Source of the DNA: a virus
Length of the DNA stretch: 64,000 bases
Strand: one strand, 5' to 3'
Virus record (IMG/VR): IMGVR_UViG_3300020437_000004
Location: 1 to 64,000 of that record
The notes beneath the pieces were generated by a model. It ran no database searches and was not told where the DNA came from. It worked only from the letters and a program-made list of their open reading frames with translations. A program made the position numbers and the translations under genes. This document shows, in pieces, positions 26,201 to 35,685 of the stretch. Position 1 is the first letter of the stretch, and the number at the start of each line of letters is the position of its first letter.

Positions 26201-26808
26201 TGATGTGAGAAGTTAGGTGCGATCTGTGAGAGGTCGTCTCTATAGAATACACCATTGTTGTCCCCATCAAAGAAGGACATCTGCCAGAAATATGTTGCAC
26301 CAGTTAACCTAAAGATCGCAGTAGGATCAGGTTCATTAGCAGCAGTAATACCGAGACTACCCTGTACTGTGGGATAAGGGACATATTTCGGAACGATTTT
26401 GGTTCGACGTAAGTCCGAACCAACAACAGAGCAACCACGAGGGACAATAATACCACCACGAGTTGAATTAAATTTATAAAGCTCATTGGATGCAGACGTT
26501 ATATCAAAGTTAGTATTCTCATTAAATGGTTGGATCTGGTTAAAATCTGCAAGACCTGGTCTATTGTCTAGCACATACTCGGAAGGATACAGATAGATCG
26601 AGAATGCATCGAATTCGTCATTACTAAGACCAACTCTGTATGAAAATCTCGATACTTCTAGAAATGCACGTTGCAACGTCTTAAATGGACGTAACGCTGA
26701 GTTACCTCTATTATCAAAACTATCTGACGCATCAAAATCATCGGGGTTAACGTAGATAATACGTCCAGTCCTCGATGTAATGATATTTTTAAGACGAGTA
26801 AGTGCCAT
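23236..26808 (-). CDS. large virion structural/tail-fibre protein (possible beta-helix)
   Basis: 1190 aa; IYV...DSFDNRGNSALRPFKTLQRA N-terminus typical of cyanophage fibres; late promoter ATAAATA at 26829-26835. Confidence 0.7.
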   Translation of the reverse strand: MALTRLKNIITSRTGRIIYVNPDDFDASDSFDNRGNSALRPFKTLQRAFLEVSRFSYRVGLSNDEFDAFSIYLYPSEYVLDNRPGLADFNQIQPFNENTNFDITSASNELYKFNSTRGGIIVPRGCSVVGSDLRRTKIVPKYVPYPTVQGSLGITAANEPDPTAIFRLTGATYFWQMSFFDGDNNGVFYRDDLSQIAPNFSHHKLTCFEYANTDDLNLYYQKISKAYATIPDSSGIIAQDQLQARVEENRIVGPISDEFAVSQIIRNGQTATAFTVDELGNPKNHGFSVGVAVNISGVTGPTEQDQLLYNGSFFVTSAQGNQFTYQMSAEPSGNAIGSNVLVKVEIDTVDSASPYVFNCSLRSVWGINGMHADGAEATGFKSMVVAQFTGISLQKDDRAFVLYNPTTGQYEAQAAGSGAHINGLAKYRKGWRNCHIKASNDAFIQVVSVFAVGFGDHFFSNSGGDLSITNSNSNFGNTSLRSTGFKSASFTKDKAGQITHVIPPKGLSDVEEISVNWVTIDINKTRAAADPTKLFLYGYSVETGKPPSKVQGYTVGARRDDVNTPDRVYVLLVASGASEPTTHYAEITPSGPTVTGTSPGDDDSPLKWDSVQSNWYIQVDGSQNTIYTTLQSNTTYQNLGFTPTTFIRRVPDARNLVDRIYRYRYVLDKDAFPVPRTPITGFVIQPRSSETNSPAYSRTYYIYAVETYQEFERGVTDGVYYLTLLNASVSPTTTNFNEFNFSQQTVDLYPAFDRDNPVADPAASISVADNEVLGLVKTTDGASPTPNENTQLSITKETTQYYLQESQNNLGYTTASNVLNGISVTARLGDAEERKIPLKLNADSSVQPLLVELRRYSILRASGHTFEYLGFGPGNYSTAFPSTQVEVLSPAQVRLSQSLKESAGVAYYSGVNSDGELFVGNQVINPVTGQITNEDIAQLNVLGEEGTTIETFSELVLTDKLTVIGGASNQLESVFSGPVTFQKKVTSQDEIQSLEFTYSNDDGTVLRKTFLAEDDGSGLPVTQADSAFNTGDMCYNIDWQPGQALGWIYDAGTWYKFGLSDTTPITSNRYSGVTHYGVGIAPDATNRMKIGGNFHVEGNLEVTGYYGAADKYTLATGLANSNNGTTYNGDGATATFAISPNHTSYSLLVFLNGVCQVPGVDYQVSGNSVDFSIGTVPQTGDTIHVRELVI

Positions 26809-26834
26809 TTACTGTTTCCCTATATGGTTATTTA

Positions 26835-29039
26835 TTATGGGGTTGGAGCACCGCCACCTTCACCACCAGTTGAAGTCTTAGTCATATTCACGACCTCAAA
26901 GTCGGAAGATGAAGACTCAAAACCATTAACAATAAAAGATACGTTTGTGTTTGCTGCACGACAGACTAGGTTTTGACCAGGTCCGACAACGATAGATGAA
27001 TTCTTTTCACTAACGTTTGCAGCGATTGCCTTATCATAGAATAGGTAATCACTTACGTTGTAAACTCCTGTTGCAGAAGTTTGAATACCAGATGAGATAG
27101 TTGCTACATTGAAGGTTAGGTTTGCAGCACCTCCACCACCTAGATCACTATCAAGGATAGTTACAGTATTACCAACAGTGTGATTCTTACCACCATTCAA
27201 GACTGTCACAGTTGCTGCACCTGTAGATGCTGCGACTACAACAGAGAATGATTGTCCAGTGCCACTACCGTTAGTAGATCCACTGACTGTGTATGTCCCT
27301 GCAGTCCTACTTGCATCGGCAGCACTGATAGTATCAATGGTAAGAATCTTACCATCTACAACTTCCGTCATAGATCTTACACCATTGTTAAGAGTAGGAG
27401 AGTCATAGAATTGATCACCCACAGAGAATGCTGCTGAGTTTCTATCAATAGAAACTTTCAGATGATTAGTTGCAGGATCCCATCCATGGACGTAACCATA
27501 AGGACCTACGCTTACACCGTTTGCTTCAACAGTTTGTGTGATACCACCGATAGTAAATGTATCAGCAGCAGCAAGTGGCTCACCTGCAACATTGTAGATG
27601 TAAACTCTTGTGTAAGTAGGAGTCAAACTAACGTTAGCAGTAAAACCACGACCACCAGTCTGTGAAGGATCAAGTCCATCCTCAGAGTAGATATTCAATA
27701 GGTTACTAGTAGAATCTGTGATGCTGATAGTTACTGTGCAACCTGCTTGTCCTGCAGTACCTACCTTAGTAACACCTGTAGTATACTCAGTACCTGATCC
27801 ATTAGGACCTTCAGTGTCATCTGCTGAAAATCTAAATGCGTTACCTGCGTTTGTTGCGTTACTTTGATCAAAGATATATGTCCTGTCAAGGTCTAATTGT
27901 AGTGCCTGATTATAGATATGATCGGTTGCACTAGCACCTGTAAGAGACAAAACAAACTTAGTAGAGATTGTTTGAGATGCAGTTGCACTGAATGATACAG
28001 TTGCTGCTGCACCACCTGCGAATGTAAGTCCCTCGTCAGTTGTAAACCAGTTAAGAAGATACTGTCCATTGTTTGTCAAGAGTGTGACATTGGATCCGTT
28101 GTTGTGGTTAACATCAGATGTGCCGTAAGACCCACGAGTAACAGTAAGATCATTACCTGCAACACCTGTGACCTCTAGGATCTCATTGTCAATCAAGATA
28201 AATCCACCAGTCACAAAACCAGTAGAGTCTGTAACAGTAAGAGTTACGTCACCTGCAGCATATGTGCCACCCTCATCAATGGTAGTGGTAGTAGCAGATG
28301 CTGACCATGCAACAGACAAACGACCTGCAGGAATATTTGCAGGAGTTGTGCCAAGTGCACCACGAGTAACAGTCAGGACGTTAGTCGTAGTGTTAATTCC
28401 AGAGGAATTGATAGAAATAATTTCGTCTGTATTATCTGAGTTAGCAGGGTCACCAACAGTTAGATACATACCGTCAGCAAGACCAGTATTTCTATCTACG
28501 TTAACTGAAGTGCCACCTGTGCCAATATCAGCGATCTCAATATATGCAGAAGTACCTCCTGCCTGCACACCACGGTTGGATGCAGTAACACCAGAAGTTG
28601 CACCAGTAATAGTCTCACCATCGACAGGAGTACCAGTCAGAGAGTCAGCAGCGAAACTAAGTTGAATAATCTCAGCAATCTTTGTGTAGTAAGTTACAGC
28701 AGTCGTGGGTTTGAATACATCAAGAATAGTGCCAGTCGCACCGTTAGTAGATGTAAAATTAGTGCCAGGAATTGCTTGTGAATCTTGGAAACCTGGATTA
28801 AGATCCAAGTAGTAAGATGTGATTGGATTGCCTTTTGCAAATTTATATGCACTAGCATTCAAACCATCTAGGTGTAGCACCTGATCGTAATCTCTCAACG
28901 CTAATCGATATGAGCTACCAGATCCATTCTGGTTGCACACATTGACTACCGTCGATGCTGTGTCTGTGATATTCGCCTTATAAAGCGTCGTATCTGTGGT
29001 TGCTGCGGGTGATACGGCAGCTAGTCTACCTGCTGTCAT
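26835..29039 (-). CDS. virion structural protein with internal repeats
   Basis: 734 aa, Thr/Gly-rich, two tandem ...EI...LTVTRG..GT repeats. Confidence 0.7.
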   Translation of the reverse strand: MTAGRLAAVSPAATTDTTLYKANITDTASTVVNVCNQNGSGSSYRLALRDYDQVLHLDGLNASAYKFAKGNPITSYYLDLNPGFQDSQAIPGTNFTSTNGATGTILDVFKPTTAVTYYTKIAEIIQLSFAADSLTGTPVDGETITGATSGVTASNRGVQAGGTSAYIEIADIGTGGTSVNVDRNTGLADGMYLTVGDPANSDNTDEIISINSSGINTTTNVLTVTRGALGTTPANIPAGRLSVAWSASATTTTIDEGGTYAAGDVTLTVTDSTGFVTGGFILIDNEILEVTGVAGNDLTVTRGSYGTSDVNHNNGSNVTLLTNNGQYLLNWFTTDEGLTFAGGAAATVSFSATASQTISTKFVLSLTGASATDHIYNQALQLDLDRTYIFDQSNATNAGNAFRFSADDTEGPNGSGTEYTTGVTKVGTAGQAGCTVTISITDSTSNLLNIYSEDGLDPSQTGGRGFTANVSLTPTYTRVYIYNVAGEPLAAADTFTIGGITQTVEANGVSVGPYGYVHGWDPATNHLKVSIDRNSAAFSVGDQFYDSPTLNNGVRSMTEVVDGKILTIDTISAADASRTAGTYTVSGSTNGSGTGQSFSVVVAASTGAATVTVLNGGKNHTVGNTVTILDSDLGGGGAANLTFNVATISSGIQTSATGVYNVSDYLFYDKAIAANVSEKNSSIVVGPGQNLVCRAANTNVSFIVNGFESSSSDFEVVNMTKTSTGGEGGGAPTP

Positions 29040-29046
29040 TTTTTAA

Positions 29047-30387
29047 TTACCATCCTGACTGGAAATGTGATTGTAGTCTAAGTTGTCCACCTAAGACTGG
29101 GGCGGAAATAGGACCACCGAAACTAATACCCACCTCAGCGATGTTATTAGTAGAAAGTAACGTTGCGTCTGCGTTAGGGAATTGAATCGTTACTGCCTCA
29201 GTAATATTAGAGACATCAATAGTAACTAAACCGTTTAAATCGTTAGGGTTGTTAATCTTAGCAGATTCAAAGGTCTTGTTAACCAACGTTTGAGTCTTCA
29301 ATTCTGTTACAAGAACCGAAGGATCAGTAGTATTTAGGGGAGCAGAAGGGTCGTTGTTTGGGAAACTAAAAGAATAGTTTTGGTTGTCTTCAATGTTAGA
29401 CAAGTCAAAAGTTACTTTCCTATTAATACCTACACCTGCAGTAGTATCTGCAAAAATTGCACCCTGATATACTTTATTACTTAGTGTTTGAGTTGAGTCT
29501 GTACCAACGAGAGTAGCATTAAGATCATCAAATGTGATCGTGCGATCAGCAGTAATACCAGAGGAATCAAAGATAACCTGTGGTGTTGGGTTTTGAGGAT
29601 CACCAGAGGGAGTATTCGAGAATGTGGGGTTAACCATATTCTTGTTGAATATATTCTGCTCTGTAATGTCGTCAATCAGCGTTGATTGTGTTTGTGTTGC
29701 ACCGAAATCAGGCAGTCTATAGATATGTGTGCCTGGTGATTGCCATGCGTCACACTCTAACTTAGCAATCTTATCGGTAGATGTAGATCCAGTAATAGAC
29801 AACTCATTATCTTTGATGATAAGAGTCTTATTTGTCAGTGTCTGGAATGTGTCGTTAGCAACGAGAGTTGTAGACGTGTTTGCACCTACATCTGGCAAGT
29901 CAAATCTTTTTGTACCTGACTGTGTAGAGATAGTATCAGCATTAAAGAATGCTCTCTTAGCAGGGTTTTGATCACCTGTTAGATAGAATTCAACGTCTTT
30001 AAACTGAGTCAGACCCTGTACAGTAAAATAACCACTACCCTGAGGAGTGATTTGTACATTGCTGTTAGCACTAGCCGTATCAATAGCAGTGATGTTTACC
30101 GTTGAAGATCCATCAGTGTTTGCTACTCTAGTGTTATAGATTGTCGCAGATCCAAAGGTTATACCAATCTCATTTGCTTGTGCTTGGTAGAGTCCTGTGT
30201 CCCTGTCCAAATCGAAACATAGACCAGGCGTGGACGCTGTACCTGCACTCACACCTCTATGCAACTGGTTAACTTTGGCTTTGCGGTTAGGTTGTAATGG
30301 ATCAGAAATAACTACAGGGAGAATCGACTCGCCAGTAACCTCTGCATCCGTTATAGTACCTAATTGTGATATTCTTTTGGTTGCCAC
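29047..30387 (-). CDS. virion fibre protein
   Basis: GTG start; repeated TLV.....QTL.NKT shaft motifs; late promoters at 30398-30404 and 30414-30421. Confidence 0.7.
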   Translation of the reverse strand: MATKRISQLGTITDAEVTGESILPVVISDPLQPNRKAKVNQLHRGVSAGTASTPGLCFDLDRDTGLYQAQANEIGITFGSATIYNTRVANTDGSSTVNITAIDTASANSNVQITPQGSGYFTVQGLTQFKDVEFYLTGDQNPAKRAFFNADTISTQSGTKRFDLPDVGANTSTTLVANDTFQTLTNKTLIIKDNELSITGSTSTDKIAKLECDAWQSPGTHIYRLPDFGATQTQSTLIDDITEQNIFNKNMVNPTFSNTPSGDPQNPTPQVIFDSSGITADRTITFDDLNATLVGTDSTQTLSNKVYQGAIFADTTAGVGINRKVTFDLSNIEDNQNYSFSFPNNDPSAPLNTTDPSVLVTELKTQTLVNKTFESAKINNPNDLNGLVTIDVSNITEAVTIQFPNADATLLSTNNIAEVGISFGGPISAPVLGGQLRLQSHFQSGW

Positions 30388-30413
30388 AACCGCTCGCTAT
30401 TTAGTTACAACTT

Positions 30414-30421
30414 TATTTATA
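30414..30421 (-). promoter_or_regulatory. T4 late promoter TATAAATA
   Basis: Exact consensus match upstream of the fibre operon. Confidence 0.75.
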
Positions 30422-30934
30422 CTAGTCAAGAGTCAACCTTTGTCGGTATTCTTCAGCATAAGTCCCTCTTTGACCGTATACACCCCATCCTAACCAACTA
30501 TATGCAGGTTTCATATACTGGTCGATAGTTTTACCTCCTTCTTTTAGGTCTGGAAGTATGGATTGGAATTGATATTCATTCATCATATAACGAGTCTGAC
30601 ATGCAAGACTACTAGGATCGCAATTATATTTCATTGCAAATGCTCCTAGACCCGCATACCTTGCAAGGGATGTCCATTGGATCAGACCATAACCACCTGT
30701 ATGACAGTTTTCGTATTCTACTCTTGCTCCACCTTCACATATATTAGAGTGAAACATTGATTCTTGTTTAATATTACCTAGCACAGTGGCTAGAGCATTC
30801 TTGTCTGTAATTCCTTGTGTTTGTAATTCTTTCAATACATATGCCTCTGCAAAGGATGCATCAGGCATTTTATATGTCATGCTCGCTGCTAATAGAATCT
30901 CAAGCATCGGGCACCTCCTCAAAGTTAACAACAT
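30422..30934 (-). CDS. phage lysozyme-like muralytic enzyme (phage tail lysozyme family)
   Basis: LATVLGNIKQES catalytic Glu, GYGLIQWT; hydrophobic N-terminus, likely start MLEILLAA. Confidence 0.7.
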   Translation of the reverse strand: MLLTLRRCPMLEILLAASMTYKMPDASFAEAYVLKELQTQGITDKNALATVLGNIKQESMFHSNICEGGARVEYENCHTGGYGLIQWTSLARYAGLGAFAMKYNCDPSSLACQTRYMMNEYQFQSILPDLKEGGKTIDQYMKPAYSWLGWGVYGQRGTYAEEYRQRLTLD

Positions 30935-31187
30935 ACCCTTCCAGATCCCACATCAGTGGGTGACATTCCTCCTCACAAAGATAACAGGAATACTTGAATA
31001 AGTCTTCCATTGTGTATTCTGAGGATGTCTCTGCATCTAGAATGATCTCTTCGTCTTGTTGCATAAATTCTGGCAACTCATCAAAGGTATAGGGCATACC
31101 ATTGATTTTATAACACTTGACGATTTGACGTCCTTGATCAGGTAATTCTAGATAACAATAGTTTTCGCTTACCTTGACCTGTAACAT
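30900..31187 (-). CDS. conserved cyanophage hypothetical protein
   Basis: 95-aa acidic ORF. Confidence 0.7.
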   Translation of the reverse strand: MLQVKVSENYCYLELPDQGRQIVKCYKINGMPYTFDELPEFMQQDEEIILDAETSSEYTMEDLFKYSCYLCEEECHPLMWDLEGYVVNFEEVPDA

Positions 31188-31442
31188 TTAAAAATCCTTC
31201 GTCATTTCTCTCATGGACTCTGCTACATATACTCCGACAGCAGCAGGGTCTGGGACAAATTCCTCAGCGTCTGGGATGTTTACATCATCTGGAAGTTGAG
31301 TGTAACCCATAACTGGGGTCAGCAAAACTGCTTTTTCATCTTTCGTAATAACTTTGATCGTGTGACCCTTTTCGCAAAGTTTCAACGCAAAGTCAAAGTT
31401 ACTTTCAATCTCATCTTGTGTGAGAGTAATAATAGTGCTCAT
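31188..31442 (-). CDS. hypothetical protein, Phd/YefM antitoxin-like N-terminus
   Basis: I.....E...NF......KGHTIKV......VLLTP pattern, acidic C-terminus. Confidence 0.4.
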   Translation of the reverse strand: MSTIITLTQDEIESNFDFALKLCEKGHTIKVITKDEKAVLLTPVMGYTQLPDDVNIPDAEEFVPDPAAVGVYVAESMREMTKDF

Positions 31443-31627
31443 GGTGTGATTGTAAGTAGATCTCTAGGGACTGCTGCTTGGAAGTTGGCAAGAGTTTCAG
31501 AGAAACCTTCTCCTCCTTCCTCGTCCCACTTGTATTTAACAACTTCTTCATAACCTGCCTCATCAAGGATGGTTATCTTCCGTTGACTCATCTTCACAAA
31601 AATGTGAGCGACGGCATCTGAGTCCAT
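31439..31627 (-). CDS. conserved cyanophage hypothetical protein
   Basis: 62-aa ORF. Confidence 0.7.
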   Translation of the reverse strand: MDSDAVAHIFVKMSQRKITILDEAGYEEVVKYKWDEEGGEGFSETLANFQAAVPRDLLTITP

Positions 31628-31658
31628 AATATAGGGGGGTCACTCCCTATACTATACA

Positions 31659-34256
31659 TCAATTCAACAGGACTGGCAAGCCATAAATCTGAGTAGGTCC
31701 TGCAGAGCAACCTGCAGCGAAGAATCCAGTATTCACACCGTATGATGCGATACCGTTGTTTACTTGGTTAATGATAGCACCACCTGCTGCATTAACGATC
31801 TCAGCGATACCACCTGATGAGGTGTTAACGAAAGTAAAGTGTGCACCAGTTGTGCCTGACACTACGTCTGCCATACCACCCACAAGAGTTGTGGCATTAG
31901 CAATACGAATGTGTAGTGGTGGTGTAGCGGGTGGGATACCTGGTTGGTCAACACATGCATCAACAATAGATCCCTTGACCATCTGGAATACACCAGAGAC
32001 CTTAGGCATAACGTCAAGACTAAACATATTAACGAATGCCAACTCACCAGATCCTAGGAATTTACTGATCCAGTTTGCTTCCATAGTAATCTCACCGTCA
32101 GCAACCAGATCAATAGCGTTACCTTCAATCTTAGTTACCTGTGCTGACATATTAATTTTATCTGCTGCCTGTATTTTAACGTCAGCACCTTGGACTGTAA
32201 CAATACCAGAGTATGCAATGGTATGGTCACCGTGCTTCACTTCAACAGATGATTGCTCTTTGCTACTACTACTCTTCGTAGGCACGGCTAGAGTTGATCC
32301 GCCTTCTCTACGTCCCCATTTATCAGTGCCTGGCTCCTTAGGATATGCAGGATAGTCGCTGCGACCATAGACAGGTGTAGGTGGTTTAAAGAAGTTAGCA
32401 TTGTCAGTGCGGAATGCATACTGCCCTCTTTCATTCTTAGTCTTAGGTTTAGAGGGTTTAGATGATCCTGTAGTTTCTGTAGGATCTCCACAACTCTGAT
32501 TTATATTCATAGCACCAACAACTTCAATGTTGAAGTTACCCATGACCTTCAAGAAGTAGTCACCTTCTACAGTTAGAGTCTTATTACCTTTTACAGTTTC
32601 GCAAGAATCCTTCGCAATAATTCTCGTGTCATTGTTAGGGACATTCTTATGGACATTGCCAAGTTTATCCTCAATAGTAGATACACCACCAGGACCACTG
32701 ACAATACGCTTTTCCTTCTTAGGTGTAGCGTCCTCAATAATGCTTGTGCCATTTAAAAATGTTTGAGTAGTTTGTCGGTAAGGATCGATCTCACCAAACA
32801 TATCATTAAAGAATCCTCGACCGTCTTTCTGCTCCTTACCCCATTTACCTGCAGGTAGTGGATTCCCACTTTGTTTAAGTGTCTCTCCAAAAGTGTCGCA
32901 TTGGGTAGTCCCCAGTAATGGAAACCACCCTTTCGTCTTACTGACCTTCGTCGTTCGTCCGCAGTCCTTTGCAAATAGTGCCTTAAGGATACCCATGACG
33001 ATACCCAACAGAGATCCCCAGTCCAACTTAGAGAAGTCTGTAGTAAGAATAGTTTTAATATTACCAGTAAGTGCTGTCACACCTTTGCCTGCCTCGGATA
33101 CACCAAGGATACCAGTCATCACTGTGCCAATAGTTTGTGCTGTATCTGACATGGCTTTCTGTGCACCATTCAGCATACGATCAATGATATTATCTACTTT
33201 ATTAGCTACGCCATCTAACGCATCAGTAATCTTATCCGTAATACTATTTGCCAGTCCATTGGCAAAACTAGAGATGTCACCTAGTGCACTGTTAACCAGA
33301 CCTAACCATGATGGCACAGGCATACAGAAGATATCTAGGATCTGCGATAGGAAAGCCATGATAACTTTCAACACTGCCATCGGCACAAACTTTGATACAA
33401 GTTTCACGATCAAGTTTACTGCCTTGGAGATTGCTTCTGCCATTGCTTGCTTTAGAGGTGCAAGCATACCAGATAGACCACCACTTACAAAGTTTACAAT
33501 CTTATTCAGTCTTTCTTTAATTGGGTCGCCAGGTATAATTTTACCAGTGATGATAGAAACATATGTGCCATCCTTACCTCTAGCGAGTTGGTTACCCATG
33601 TTGCCCAACTCTTTCAACATACGACTTAAGTCAGTCTGGAATCCTTTACCCGCAGATCCATTTACACCATCAGCAACACCTTGCATCTCAGATGGGACAA
33701 TAGCAGGGTTAGTCGTAGGGTCACCATGACCTGAGTTAACAACTGCTGCCTTACCTAGTGCACCTCTAGACTCATCTTCTTGACCACCAGGATCTGCAGG
33801 TGGTGAAACAACTGCTACAGCAGTGTTACCTGAGTTTACCTTTTCACCTGTAAGTGTCTGTGCTTGTGGTGGATTATCATCATCTTTCTTTGCTTCTTCT
33901 GGGTTAGCAGCAAAGGTGTCACCCTTCTGATCTTTAACAGTATGGAATGCACCCATAACCATAGGGATCTGACCTTCTTCACCATCCATGAAGAAACCAA
34001 CGACCATTGCACCTTCCTGCAATTCGCCCTTGGATCCGATCTGTTTTACCTGTGGTTTATCTGTAGGGACTAGACACATTGCCCACGGCAATGCCTCGGT
34101 TGGCATTTTCTTTAGGTAATCCTCTGAGTCATTACCACCAGTATGCCATCCATAGATACGCACCTTGACACGACCAAGTTGCATCGGGTCTTTATTAGAC
34201 TCGACTTCCCCGACCCACCAAGTGAATCCGTCCGATCCAGAATAATCTGTTATCAT
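31659..34256 (-). CDS. gp5: baseplate hub/central spike protein gp5 (no internal lysozyme domain seen)
   Basis: GFTWWVGEVE..DP..LGRVKVRI OB-fold; V+GFF+DG...Q+P+V+G; late promoter CTAAATA at 34279-34285. Confidence 0.9.
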   Translation of the reverse strand: MITDYSGSDGFTWWVGEVESNKDPMQLGRVKVRIYGWHTGGNDSEDYLKKMPTEALPWAMCLVPTDKPQVKQIGSKGELQEGAMVVGFFMDGEEGQIPMVMGAFHTVKDQKGDTFAANPEEAKKDDDNPPQAQTLTGEKVNSGNTAVAVVSPPADPGGQEDESRGALGKAAVVNSGHGDPTTNPAIVPSEMQGVADGVNGSAGKGFQTDLSRMLKELGNMGNQLARGKDGTYVSIITGKIIPGDPIKERLNKIVNFVSGGLSGMLAPLKQAMAEAISKAVNLIVKLVSKFVPMAVLKVIMAFLSQILDIFCMPVPSWLGLVNSALGDISSFANGLANSITDKITDALDGVANKVDNIIDRMLNGAQKAMSDTAQTIGTVMTGILGVSEAGKGVTALTGNIKTILTTDFSKLDWGSLLGIVMGILKALFAKDCGRTTKVSKTKGWFPLLGTTQCDTFGETLKQSGNPLPAGKWGKEQKDGRGFFNDMFGEIDPYRQTTQTFLNGTSIIEDATPKKEKRIVSGPGGVSTIEDKLGNVHKNVPNNDTRIIAKDSCETVKGNKTLTVEGDYFLKVMGNFNIEVVGAMNINQSCGDPTETTGSSKPSKPKTKNERGQYAFRTDNANFFKPPTPVYGRSDYPAYPKEPGTDKWGRREGGSTLAVPTKSSSSKEQSSVEVKHGDHTIAYSGIVTVQGADVKIQAADKINMSAQVTKIEGNAIDLVADGEITMEANWISKFLGSGELAFVNMFSLDVMPKVSGVFQMVKGSIVDACVDQPGIPPATPPLHIRIANATTLVGGMADVVSGTTGAHFTFVNTSSGGIAEIVNAAGGAIINQVNNGIASYGVNTGFFAAGCSAGPTQIYGLPVLLN

Positions 34257-34277
34257 TATAATTGGTATGGATATAAG

Positions 34278-34745
34278 TTATTTAGGAAGTTTTACGAAAT
34301 GAAATTCGCCATCCTTCTCTTCTTTGCCCCAAACAAATGCACCTGATCTTAGTCTACGACCATTGTCGAATGACCAGTAATCAGTGCCATTGAATCTTGC
34401 AAGTGCAGTTATGTTAACATCATTTACTACACAAGGACCGTTTGTCTCTCCCCACCATGTCCCATCGTCCATCTTGACGAAGACAAAACCGCATCCTTCT
34501 TTGTTTCTTTTTAGATCTAAAGTATCACACTCAATTATATCTTCGTGAATACGTTTATATTTTGCTCTGAAATGTTTATAGGGTTTATTAGGACCCTCAT
34601 ACTCATACCAAGATTTACATTCTAAAATCTTACCCTTTTTGATCTCAGTCCATTCAATGTGGATTAGTGGCCACTTTTGTGGATCTGAATATGCTTGAGA
34701 TTTATTTGAGTAATGTCCACACAGAGCCTCTTCAAAGCTACTCAT
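34278..34745 (-). CDS. cpeT: CpeT/CpcT-like phycobilin lyase
   Basis: GHYSNKSQAYSDP..WP.IH..W, SWYEY....PY, D.G...G..VWG motifs. Confidence 0.8.
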   Translation of the reverse strand: MSSFEEALCGHYSNKSQAYSDPQKWPLIHIEWTEIKKGKILECKSWYEYEGPNKPYKHFRAKYKRIHEDIIECDTLDLKRNKEGCGFVFVKMDDGTWWGETNGPCVVNDVNITALARFNGTDYWSFDNGRRLRSGAFVWGKEEKDGEFHFVKLPK

Positions 34746-34766
34746 CGTCTGAAACCCAACAAGCTA

Positions 34767-34795
34767 ATTCTATTTGTTATTTTGTTTCTTGTCAA
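34767..34795 (-). promoter_or_regulatory. sigma70-type promoter of cpeT
   Basis: TTGACA (34790-34795), 17-nt spacer, TAGAAT (34767-34772). Confidence 0.75.
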
Positions 34796-34910
34796 GCCCT
34801 TTCTTTGCTTGCTCTCTCATCATCCTAGCGTATACAATTTCTGCTGATGACCAATGATCTGGATCTTTGATTATTTTGTTTGCTGCCTTTTTTACTTCTT
34901 TTAGTCGCAT
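34770..34910 (-). CDS. small basic hypothetical protein (not in ORF track)
   Basis: MRLKEVKKAANKIIKDPDHWSSAEIVYARMM..., 46 aa; TATAAATA at 34942-34949. Confidence 0.65.
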   Translation of the reverse strand: MRLKEVKKAANKIIKDPDHWSSAEIVYARMMREQAKKGLDKKQNNK

Positions 34911-34957
34911 TTGTTACATATTTGTTAGAGTTTGCTAACTCTATTTATAACAAATAC

Positions 34958-35089
34958 TTAACGTTTTACATCATGGGCACAACCGTCACCCTTGTAGTTA
35001 TCCGTGTCGTAATATCCACCTCTAGACCCAAAGTATAGAGTCGCCATTACAAATGGAAAAGCAGACCACAGGAGTATGTTACCTAGCAT
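34958..35089 (-). CDS. small membrane protein (not in ORF track)
   Basis: MLGNILLWSAFPFVMATLYFGSRGGYYDTDNYKGDGCAH..., 43 aa. Confidence 0.7.
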   Translation of the reverse strand: MLGNILLWSAFPFVMATLYFGSRGGYYDTDNYKGDGCAHDVKR

Positions 35090-35153
35090 CAATATACCTC
35101 GCTACGCATACACCCCAAAAAGTAAATGCTCCAAAAAATATTAGATATTCCAT
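35079..35153 (-). CDS. 24-aa membrane microprotein (not in ORF track)
   Basis: MEYLIFFGAFTFWGVCVARYIDAR*. Confidence 0.45.
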   Translation of the reverse strand: MEYLIFFGAFTFWGVCVARYIDAR

Positions 35154-35452
35154 CAGTCTCGTTGTCTCCAATCGTCAGGTCTATCTTGTCTAAACCAGTC
35201 TGCGATGTCTCCTGCATCAGTGAAACCCCTTTTGTGTTTACTTGAATCGGGGTCTCCAATATTCAAGTTATTCAGAAAAGAGTCGTCTGGATTCGTTGCC
35301 AACCTCCTTGCTGTTTGCAACATCCCTCTTGCGGATGTATTTGTTTTTGCTAACTTTTCTGCCCAAATCATATCTTCCAAACTAACTTCCATACCTGCTG
35401 CGATGCTCTTACAAATTTCTTGTAGGCGGAGACGATACTGGGTTGATAACAT
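35153..35452 (-). CDS. conserved cyanophage hypothetical protein
   Basis: MLSTQYRLRLQEICKSI...LGDPD motif family. Confidence 0.8.
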   Translation of the reverse strand: MLSTQYRLRLQEICKSIAAGMEVSLEDMIWAEKLAKTNTSARGMLQTARRLATNPDDSFLNNLNIGDPDSSKHKRGFTDAGDIADWFRQDRPDDWRQRD

Positions 35453-35456
35453 AAAT

Positions 35457-35600
35457 TTACGGTTGCTTTTTCTTTAGTTGTTCATAGAGGATTGCTTGCA
35501 TAAAAGACTTAGGTCCTTTTTCAAGCAGATCTTCCTTCCACTTAATACTTTTAAGTGTAGGAGGATTCTTTAGTTTGTTTGTTTTTTTGCGACGTGCCAT
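35457..35600 (-). CDS. small basic protein (not in ORF track)
   Basis: MARRKKTNKLKNPP...WKEDLLEKGPKSFMQAILYEQLKKKQP*, 47 aa. Confidence 0.6.
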   Translation of the reverse strand: MARRKKTNKLKNPPTLKSIKWKEDLLEKGPKSFMQAILYEQLKKKQP

Positions 35601-35683
35601 TACTTTTTAAATACACCTGCCTTTGCAAGCAAGTATACAGACAATGTAGTCCAAAACAGCACTTCTAGTCCAACATTATTCAT
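35600..35683 (-). CDS. 27-aa membrane microprotein (not in ORF track)
   Basis: MNNVGLEVLFWTTLSVYLLAKAGVFKK*. Confidence 0.6.
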   Translation of the reverse strand: MNNVGLEVLFWTTLSVYLLAKAGVFKK

Positions 35684-35685
35684 AA

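Noticed and set aside
32893-33729. 278-aa plus-strand ORF
   Set aside because: Antisense shadow of gp5 with no motifs; the same applies to the other long plus-strand ORFs over structural genes (e.g. 28168..28665, 39558..40181, 42944..43510).
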